Below, one piece after another: positions 54,832 through 62,119 of a DNA stretch of 64,000 bases; the stretch's first letter is position 1; each line of letters starts with the position of its first letter. The position numbers and the translations under genes are program-made. The stretch is from Cyclobacteriaceae bacterium (GTDB taxonomy: Bacteria; Bacteroidota; Bacteroidia; Cytophagales; Cyclobacteriaceae): the NCBI GenBank assembly GCA_028285685.1, contig JANQOR010000014.1, positions 48,287-112,286 on the forward strand, given 5' to 3'. Under the pieces are notes generated by a model. It worked only from the letters and a program-made list of their open reading frames with translations. It did no database searches and was not told the DNA's origin.

Positions 54832-56138
54832 TGGAAAACCTTTGGCCAGAATTTGTAAACTATTGGGTCGAGGCGGGTCCATGGAAATTTCTAAGGGTCT
54901 TCTGGTACTTCCTCATCTTCGAGTTTACCCGTTATATCATTCTAGACTACTTCGTGGCTGGCTTATTCTACCTCCGAAGAAAAGATCGGAGACATGCCTG
55001 GGAGATTGCCAGACAGAAACTTTTCACAGAAAACCCACTTATATCCATCATCATCCCAGGCAAAAATGAAGGCAAGCATATTTTCAAACTGGTGAAGTCT
55101 CTGGCCGAGCAAACATATCAGAATTTCGAACTGATTGTAGTCGACGATGGCTCAGATGACCAAACGCCCATTATTGGTAAAAATCTTGAAAAGCGGGGAT
55201 TGATCGATATGTTCATTCGAAATGAAATGCGTGGAGGAAAAGCATCCGCAGCAAATACTGCATTGGCTTTTACGAAAGGCAAATACATTGTCCATCTTGA
55301 TGCAGACTGCTCCTTCGACCGTGACGCGATCGAGAACGTGGTAATACCCTTCTACCTTGATGAAAAAATCGGTGCTGTAGGAGGTAATGTCAAAGTCCGC
55401 AACTATCAAGAGAGCTTATGTGCACGATTACAGGCAATCGAATACCTGAAAACCGTTTCTGTTGGCAGAATTATTACCTCCTACCTTGGCATTTACAAGA
55501 TCGTTTCCGGGGCGTTCGGAGCTTTCCGTCCTGAAATACTTAAAGCAATTGGAGGATGGGATATTGGACCGGGATTGGATGGAGACATCACTGTAAAAAT
55601 TAGAAAATCAGGCTACAAAATTCATTTTGAACCAACAGCTGTGTGCTTAACCAATGCGCCGGCAAAATTCAAAGTGCTCACTAAGCAGCGATTGAGATGG
55701 GATAAATCCATCATTCGCTTTCGAGTAAGGAAACACAAAGATGTCTACTTCCCTCATGCAAATTTCAACTGGTTGAATTTCATATCTCTGTTTGAGAATG
55801 TGTTCTACAATGTAGTGCTGGACATCACATGGATCATTTACACTGTTGATGTCGTGTTACATTATTGGTCGCTCATGGGTTTTATCATCCCCATGAACTT
55901 TGTGTTGTATATCACCGTGAGCTACGTACAGATGCTGTCTGTCTACTTGTTTTCAGAACGCAGACAGGAAGAAAAAAAACTCTGGAACGTACTACCCTTG
56001 ATGACGATCTACACCGGCCTTTACCTCCGGACCGTCCGCACCATTGCCTATTTCAAGGAATTCGTCCTGAAGGAATCGTATGACGATCCGTGGAACCCCC
56101 AGAAGTCTTCCCGAATGGCTAAACGATTTGGGTTATAG
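54831..56138 (+). CDS. processive family-2 glycosyltransferase / polysaccharide synthase (PgaC/IcaA/NodC/HasA-like topology)
   Basis: Two N-terminal TM helices and a GT-A core with VVDDGSDD, HLDADC (DxD), GAFGAFR and QRLRW (aa 286-290, the Q(Q/R)xRW processivity motif). Three to four C-terminal TM helices follow. TAATG overlaps the upstream gene. Confidence 0.88.
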   Translation: MENLWPEFVNYWVEAGPWKFLRVFWYFLIFEFTRYIILDYFVAGLFYLRRKDRRHAWEIARQKLFTENPLISIIIPGKNEGKHIFKLVKSLAEQTYQNFELIVVDDGSDDQTPIIGKNLEKRGLIDMFIRNEMRGGKASAANTALAFTKGKYIVHLDADCSFDRDAIENVVIPFYLDEKIGAVGGNVKVRNYQESLCARLQAIEYLKTVSVGRIITSYLGIYKIVSGAFGAFRPEILKAIGGWDIGPGLDGDITVKIRKSGYKIHFEPTAVCLTNAPAKFKVLTKQRLRWDKSIIRFRVRKHKDVYFPHANFNWLNFISLFENVFYNVVLDITWIIYTVDVVLHYWSLMGFIIPMNFVLYITVSYVQMLSVYLFSERRQEEKKLWNVLPLMTIYTGLYLRTVRTIAYFKEFVLKESYDDPWNPQKSSRMAKRFGL

Positions 56139-56231
56139 AACTTACCAGTTAACCCCAAAATCTTGTCAGTCACCGAAAGATCTGATTTCCCACCTCGTCC
56201 GCGGATTGCTTTGCACTTAAATACATAAACT

Positions 56232-58136
56232 ATGAAACAGAAAAATTTAATCATGCTCTTCTTCCTCACGGCAATGGGCTGTGGTACTGAAGTTGACATG
56301 GAGGTGGTCCCACTAGATGTAGCAGAATCGTCCGAGGTATATGCCGGGGATCCGGGCACATTCGCATCCCGGATGCACTACGTTAACAGAACAATTTTGC
56401 TGACTCCACATGCTGATGGCAGAGGAAGAATTTCTGCTCGATCTACTACGGGAGGTCAATTGGACTACTATTGGGCGCATATTGCATCTGTAGATGCCCC
56501 AGTCATTGATGGTTTGCAGATGAGTGCCACTCATTTCGACATTAAGAACAACCTCGCGTATGTTAGCTATCACAAGCGAGCTGAAACTCACAAGGGGGTT
56601 TTAGATATCATCGATCTAAGCGATCCATATCGACCGGAGATTACGGATCAGCTGATCTTTAGTCTGGCTGACGTAAATGCCTTGGCATGTGACAAGGATG
56701 GCACCTTGTGGACTGCCACTTCCCACTCAAAACATGGTGCAGCACTATACAAAGTGCCGACGATTGGTTCTTCGTTTACAAGAGAAGCATCAAGATACAC
56801 ACTGAGCAATGCCCTGGATAATGGAGTTTCTGCTTCGGCCAACGGAGTGGCACTTACAGAAAACTACGCTGCACTTTCGGCTGGAAAAACCCACGGTGGT
56901 ACTTTCATCGTGGATAAAAACACACTAAGTGCCTCAGAAGTTTTCAGTTATCCGAATGGAAAATATGTGGTTACCACAGAAATCAATGGAGCAGAATATC
57001 ATGCCTCACTCTCGACAGGAGATATTGCCAGCTTAAAGGTGAAGCAGGTTGGAACTCGTGCGGAGCTGTCTGAATATTCTATCGGAACGATCACCCATCA
57101 AAATGTGGACGCGACATACCGAGGGAAATCCACCATGGAAATTTCACCACAAAATGCACGTGAGGTATTCGTGGCGATGGGAGAAGAAGGATTGAGGTCT
57201 TTCGACATCCTCACAGGTAAACTTCTGAATGAGTCAAAGGGAACCATGCTGATGGCGGGCAATACCAATGGAGTCACCATGGACAAAGATTTCCTTTACA
57301 TCGCTAATGGCGCTGATGGGCTTTCAATATCAGAATACCCTGAAGACGGTACGATTGACCCTATATTTTATTGGGATTTACCCGAACAGCCAGCTTCTGT
57401 CAATTTTACGAAGGCGAGCAACGAATACATCTTCGTTGCAAAAGGACTCGGTGGATTTCACATTTTGAAGAAGGTTCCAAAAGCACCTTATTCAACCGTT
57501 ACAACCTATGATAACATTGGTGTTCCGGAAAATATGGAGCAAAGGGAGGTGTGCTCGAAACTCCTGCCCACGCTATTCGACCGAGCGCTGCCTGAGCGAA
57601 ACAACGTGATGCGTAGTAATCCTGAGTTCTTTGAAGTTGAAGCGAGGAATATCGATATTGTAGAGGACGGAGAAGTTTCTGTGACCTTCCTACACGAAGG
57701 TGCTGGTTACAAAAACATACTTGGGTACCACGTATACAAAACGGATGCTCCGCCAGCCTCCGTAGATGAGGTGGAGAAGGTCGTTATTTTTCCTAACGCT
57801 TCCGCTCAAAGATCGGGAGGTGGTTTGGTAAGGGGGAACTCAGTTGAGCTTTTGGGTTCATTTGAGGCAGGTACCTCTATTGGCTTCTTTCTGATCTCGA
57901 ATGGCTGGAAAGGAAAAATCACTGACGGATTGTACACCCAATATACTGACATCCCATTTAATGTCAGTGGACGCCAGCAAAGTCTGATCTTTCATGAGCG
58001 ATCTTGTGACGCTATTGTGATCGCTTTTGAAGACATCACCGTCCCGAACGGAGATAATGATTTTAATGACGCAATCTTCCAGATTCATTCTGATCCCCCA
58101 ACGGCTATCGATGCGTCGGCTTACATTCAACTCTGA
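56232..58136 (+). CDS. lipoprotein with LVIVD-type beta-propeller repeats and C-terminal DUF4114 domain
   Basis: Lipobox LTAMGC. LVIVD-like units are present (GVLDIIDLSDPYRPEI, DGLSISEYPEDG). The C-terminal block VSVTFLHEGAGYKN.LGYH......GFFLISNGW....VIAFEDI....GDNDFNDAIFQI is typical of DUF4114. Confidence 0.7.
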   Translation: MKQKNLIMLFFLTAMGCGTEVDMEVVPLDVAESSEVYAGDPGTFASRMHYVNRTILLTPHADGRGRISARSTTGGQLDYYWAHIASVDAPVIDGLQMSATHFDIKNNLAYVSYHKRAETHKGVLDIIDLSDPYRPEITDQLIFSLADVNALACDKDGTLWTATSHSKHGAALYKVPTIGSSFTREASRYTLSNALDNGVSASANGVALTENYAALSAGKTHGGTFIVDKNTLSASEVFSYPNGKYVVTTEINGAEYHASLSTGDIASLKVKQVGTRAELSEYSIGTITHQNVDATYRGKSTMEISPQNAREVFVAMGEEGLRSFDILTGKLLNESKGTMLMAGNTNGVTMDKDFLYIANGADGLSISEYPEDGTIDPIFYWDLPEQPASVNFTKASNEYIFVAKGLGGFHILKKVPKAPYSTVTTYDNIGVPENMEQREVCSKLLPTLFDRALPERNNVMRSNPEFFEVEARNIDIVEDGEVSVTFLHEGAGYKNILGYHVYKTDAPPASVDEVEKVVIFPNASAQRSGGGLVRGNSVELLGSFEAGTSIGFFLISNGWKGKITDGLYTQYTDIPFNVSGRQQSLIFHERSCDAIVIAFEDITVPNGDNDFNDAIFQIHSDPPTAIDASAYIQL

Positions 58137-58161
58137 TTTCTTGATACTCAGAGTTGAATGT
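58123..58161 (+). other. perfect 14-bp inverted repeat spanning the stop codon of the DUF4114 gene
   Basis: acattcaactctga (58123..58136), an 11-nt loop, then tcagagttgaatgt (58148..58161). No T-run follows immediately. Confidence 0.7.
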
Positions 58162-58183
58162 TTAGTAGTAGGTTAGTAAGAAA

Positions 58184-58213
58184 TGGCTCCCTCCACGGGG
58201 GCCTTTCTTTTTT
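58184..58213 (+). terminator. rho-independent terminator closing the 49.2-58.1 kb operon
   Basis: ggctccc-tccac-gggggcc stem (one G:U pair), followed by TTTCTTTTTTCTC. Confidence 0.7.
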
Positions 58214-58347
58214 CTCTCAATCATAAAAAATCCAGTTATCCTTACCTCTTTTCCAATCACCCCCTTAACAAGGTCATTCACCGTAAAAATCACATTTCCA
58301 GCCTATTCGGAGACATTTTTGTACAGTAATTAGAATTATTCAAGAAG

Positions 58348-58554
58348 ATGAAAAAGATAAAAATAGCCTTATATCATTGCCCCAATTCACTGGAATACAA
58401 ATTGATCAAATGGACGGATCGTATAGATCTGAACGATCCTTGTTTACTGTGGGTGTTCGATTCATCGAAGCTCAGAACGGCAAGGAAGATTATGAAGAAT
58501 CTAAATCTGGCCAGGGACCTGAGCACAGCTAGAACGTTTTCAATCGCAGGTTAG
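58348..58554 (+). CDS. small hypothetical ORF (68 aa), doubtful
   Basis: It is the only ORF in a 550-bp gap. It has no recognisable motif. Confidence 0.2.
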   Translation: MKKIKIALYHCPNSLEYKLIKWTDRIDLNDPCLLWVFDSSKLRTARKIMKNLNLARDLSTARTFSIAG

Positions 58555-58686
58555 AAGGTCCGTTGCTGTCTAAAACTCTTATTAGAGTAATCGTTACCGG
58601 GAGTTCTTCACAAAATCTTCATTAGTCCATGCAGGACAAGCAAAGTCTTTTCTTCAAATTGGATTCCAAATCAAGTAGCCTAGGAG

Positions 58687-59538
58687 ATGAACAATCGTGA
58701 TTCAATAGCACAACCTGTCAATTGGCAAGCATTAAAGTTCTTTGCCTTCGCTTACATATGGTCATGGGCATGGTGGGTGCCTGTGGTGCTTAAACTCCAA
58801 TCACAAGGAATACACCTGGGAATTGTACCTTCATGGATTGTTCCATTTGTCCTTATTGGTGCCTACGGTCCAAGTATTGCGGCTATTGTTTTTGCCGCAT
58901 TTTCAGGTGGCAGAATGGAGGTGAAGAGACTACTATCAAAGTTGTTGATTTGGAGAGCTCCCGCTAAAGTTCACCTGATGGTCTGGTTAGGACATCCGGC
59001 ATTCATGGCCTTCACTATTTTTATCTATGCAAATCTTTTTGGCCCAGTGGGAGACCTTGATTGGTCTGGACTTTTACTTATTCCCACAGTCCTGCTAACT
59101 GGTGTGATTTTTGGCCCACTGGCTGAGGAGCTTGGCTGGAGAGGATACGTACTACCACTGCTTCAAAAGAATTACTCTCCATTGGTCAGCAGTCTTATTG
59201 TAGGCGTAGCATGGTGCTTTTGGCATACTCCTCTTTTCTGGGCACCAGCGGGAACACTGATCAGTGGTCAGGAAGTAACGATTGTAGCGGTAGGGAAGTA
59301 TCTTCTTTTTACCTGCGGATTAGCCATCATCTTTACATGGATTGTGAATCATTCCAAAGGTTCTGTTCTATTATCGATCGCATTTCATCTGATCATTAAT
59401 GCATCCATTCCCCTTTTACTATTTCCTAATATGAGTTCAAACACAAGCCTCGAGATCAAGTGGTTTTCACTACTTCCAGTTTGGGTTGTGGCAATTGGAA
59501 TATCTGCCTTTGGTAGAAATGTAAAAAGCGGAAACTGA
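58687..59538 (+). CDS. CPBP family intramembrane glutamic endopeptidase (CAAX protease/Abi-like)
   Basis: Polytopic membrane protein with motif 1 EELGWRGY, motif 2 FWHTP and motif 3 HLIINA. Confidence 0.85.
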   Translation: MNNRDSIAQPVNWQALKFFAFAYIWSWAWWVPVVLKLQSQGIHLGIVPSWIVPFVLIGAYGPSIAAIVFAAFSGGRMEVKRLLSKLLIWRAPAKVHLMVWLGHPAFMAFTIFIYANLFGPVGDLDWSGLLLIPTVLLTGVIFGPLAEELGWRGYVLPLLQKNYSPLVSSLIVGVAWCFWHTPLFWAPAGTLISGQEVTIVAVGKYLLFTCGLAIIFTWIVNHSKGSVLLSIAFHLIINASIPLLLFPNMSSNTSLEIKWFSLLPVWVVAIGISAFGRNVKSGN

Positions 59539-59559
59539 TGTCAACAAGAAAAACTTCCT

Positions 59560-60600
59560 TTATTCTCTAAGCGCTTCGTTTATCTCCAAAGCCGTTTGCC
59601 GTGCGGTCTTCCCTACACCATAAATTGTGGCTGAGGCAAACCCCGTCCAGTTGCCATAACCAACCAACCACAACTTCGGCTCCTTTAGCGAGCGCGTAAA
59701 CTTTGTTGCTACCCGACCATTTTCCACGACATTCAATGCATCCAGATGCTGCAAATAGGTTTTAAAGCCAGTGCACCATATTACCGCATCAAACTGTTCC
59801 TTTTTACCGTCAGGCCATACAACACCTTCCTCATAAAAAGATTTAAAAGGTCTTTTGGCGTTGAGTACGCCTCTTGTGGAAGCTTCTTTAACACTTTCCA
59901 GCATGACAATGTCACCTAAGGAGAATTCAACTTTGTTACTTGATGGTTTTTTTAAGAATTTACTTGTTGCCTCCTGAAATAGGAAACGTCCGTCTACATG
60001 ATCAGGTAAGAATCGTGGTTCCTCCAGCGTAATCCATTGTGTTTGTGCCACTTTAGAGACCTCTGCCAATATCTGGGCTCCGGAATTGCCACCCCCAACG
60101 ATTAGAACCTTTTTACCTTCAAATTCATCTGGCCTACGATATTCTGATGAGTGAATCATCTTCCCTGTAAAATGATCTGAATTTGGATAGGCAGGAATGA
60201 AGGGATGTTTGGAACTGCCTGTGGCGCTAACGATGGTTTCGCTGCGAAAGGGGCCCTGATTTGTTTCTATCACAAACAGGTTGTCTTCCCTACTTACTCC
60301 TGCTACCTGAACTGGCCTTTTAACAGGAAAATTGTATCGATTTTCATAGGCTTTGAGGTATTGGATAAATTCATCTTTTCCCGGATACGTATTCTCCCCT
60401 TGTGGCATCATCCATCCAGATAATGTGCTATATGTGACAGGTGAGAAAAGTGTCAGGCTATCCCACGTATTAAGCCACGAACCACCTGGCTGCATTTGAT
60501 CATCGAGGATCAAATAATCTATCGCGTACTTCCGAAGAAAATAGGCTACCGATAAACCAGCTTGTCCCCCACCAATTATGATACAATCATAAATCTTCAT
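59560..60600 (-). CDS. NAD(P)/FAD-dependent oxidoreductase, ArsO-like flavin-containing monooxygenase family
   Basis: IIIGGGQAGLS FAD fold, GGSW...WDSL.LFSP...S.L.GW.MP block and a second dinucleotide site VLIVGGGNSGAQI. The family name comes from recollection of similar sequences. Confidence 0.6.
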   Translation of the reverse strand: MKIYDCIIIGGGQAGLSVAYFLRKYAIDYLILDDQMQPGGSWLNTWDSLTLFSPVTYSTLSGWMMPQGENTYPGKDEFIQYLKAYENRYNFPVKRPVQVAGVSREDNLFVIETNQGPFRSETIVSATGSSKHPFIPAYPNSDHFTGKMIHSSEYRRPDEFEGKKVLIVGGGNSGAQILAEVSKVAQTQWITLEEPRFLPDHVDGRFLFQEATSKFLKKPSSNKVEFSLGDIVMLESVKEASTRGVLNAKRPFKSFYEEGVVWPDGKKEQFDAVIWCTGFKTYLQHLDALNVVENGRVATKFTRSLKEPKLWLVGYGNWTGFASATIYGVGKTARQTALEINEALRE

Positions 60601-61763
60601 TCAAGCGCCACGGTTAATCTCTCCAATGCACTTTGAATTTTTGACAAAGGAGAGGCAATATTCATTCGCATAAACATCGAACTGTCTGGATCAAACCAAC
60701 TGCCCGGCGTAAGCGCTAGCCCAGCCTTTTTGGCTACCGTGGCATATAGTTCCTCACTGGTCAAATCTGTTCCTCTAAAGTCCAGCCAGATCTGATACGT
60801 TCCCTCGACCGGAAACATCTTGATGCTGTTCCCTTCATTACCTAGATAATTTTCAATCCAGTCAATTGATTCTTCGAGGTAAGCCAGGAACTCATCCAAC
60901 CAACTTCCACCATTTTTGAATGCTGCTATTGTGCCAAACGAAGTAAAGGCATTCCCATGGTTTAGATACATTGAATCCACTGTGTCCATTAGTTGCTTTC
61001 TTAAATCCTCACCTGGGATGTACAGATAGCCGTTGGAGATACTTTGCATACCGAACGTCTTTGCCGGCGATCCCAAGACGGCAACATGATTTGAATTGTT
61101 TTCCGAAACTATACTAGTGAATTTATTGCCGGAGTAGATGATATCTGAGTGAATTTCATCACTTACAACCCTAACATTGTAGCTATCCGCAATTTGAATC
61201 ACCCGATCGAGTTCTTCTTTCTGCCAAACACGACCAACAGGGTTGTGAGGATTGCATAGGAGAATCATTTTCACATTCTCCGACTCCAGCTTTTGCTCCA
61301 GATCATCAAAATCCATTTTATACTTCCCATCCACAATCTTAAGTGGGTTCCGAACAATTTTTCGGTTAGCGCTTTTGATTAACTTGGCAAATTGATGATA
61401 TACTGGTGTTTGTATCAAAATACCATCTCCAGTCTGCGACAATTCCCGGACTAATACAGCAATACCAGTAAGTGTACTAGACATCTGAACAAATGATTTA
61501 CTGTTGAGGTCGAGTCCGTGCCTGGTCTTGTTCCAATCCACAATGGAATTGAAAATATCTTCCTCCACAAACTCATAGGCATAAACGCCTCGATCCACGA
61601 GTCTCTGAAATTCTTTTGTGATCGGTTCCGCAACTTTGAGATCCATGTCGGCTATCCAAAAAGGCTCAAGGTCATCGGATCCAAACATATTTTGAAGAAA
61701 CCTGGGGTTTTGTCTCACGAATTTGTGTTCATAACGTTTGTCAACACTATTAAATAGATCCAT
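60597..61763 (-). CDS. PLP-dependent aminotransferase class I/II, MalY/PatB-type cystathionine beta-lyase (C-S lyase)
   Basis: The size and blocks are typical of PatB/MalY: W.ADMD...A..I, Y.Y, LLCNPHNPVGRVW...EL, DEIH.D and a SP.KTF PLP-Lys context. ATGA overlaps the downstream monooxygenase start. Confidence 0.75.
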   Translation of the reverse strand: MDLFNSVDKRYEHKFVRQNPRFLQNMFGSDDLEPFWIADMDLKVAEPITKEFQRLVDRGVYAYEFVEEDIFNSIVDWNKTRHGLDLNSKSFVQMSSTLTGIAVLVRELSQTGDGILIQTPVYHQFAKLIKSANRKIVRNPLKIVDGKYKMDFDDLEQKLESENVKMILLCNPHNPVGRVWQKEELDRVIQIADSYNVRVVSDEIHSDIIYSGNKFTSIVSENNSNHVAVLGSPAKTFGMQSISNGYLYIPGEDLRKQLMDTVDSMYLNHGNAFTSFGTIAAFKNGGSWLDEFLAYLEESIDWIENYLGNEGNSIKMFPVEGTYQIWLDFRGTDLTSEELYATVAKKAGLALTPGSWFDPDSSMFMRMNIASPLSKIQSALERLTVALE

Positions 61764-61812
61764 GGTGCTTGTTCATTAAAGCTGAAAAATTAGGCTATCT
61801 CATAAATTTAAA

Positions 61813-61833
61813 GAGCCCCATCTAACGGGGCTC
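61813..61833 (-). terminator. hairpin terminator between the Cys-rich sORF and the C-S lyase gene
   Basis: gagcccc-atctaac-ggggctc 7-bp GC-rich stem. On the minus strand it is followed by TTTAAATTT. Confidence 0.55.
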
Positions 61834-61860
61834 CCTTTTGTAAGGCTGACACTAAAAATT

Positions 61861-62028
61861 CTACACACAACATGCTCCTGCAGTCACCTGCGGCTTTGCC
61901 TCGGCGGAACCTGATCCGCAGCAAGGAGATGTTGAGGTGGAAACGGTGGGTTCAGGTGCAGGGCCACAGCAGCCACCACCAGTTTGCTGAATCTGACTTG
62001 CTTCGATGTTTGAATTTCTTGTTTTCAT
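61861..62028 (-). CDS. unannotated 55-aa Cys-rich peptide with three vicinal Cys pairs
   Basis: Manual translation of the minus strand gives MKTRNSNIEASQIQQTGGGCCGPAPEPTVSTSTSPCCGSGSAEAKPQVTAGACCV*. It runs ATG 62028 to TAG 61861 and falls below the 60-aa cutoff of the ORF track. It is locally GC-rich, lies 91 nt downstream of the Mo-enzyme stop and is followed by a terminator hairpin. Confidence 0.45.
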   Translation of the reverse strand: MKTRNSNIEASQIQQTGGGCCGPAPEPTVSTSTSPCCGSGSAEAKPQVTAGACCV

Positions 62029-62119
62029 GACTTCTCAGAAAATTTGTATTTATTGTTTACATAGCAAGACGGAACACACGCAAAAAGATGCAGTCATTCA
62101 GTTCAAAATGCCGTCGAAA

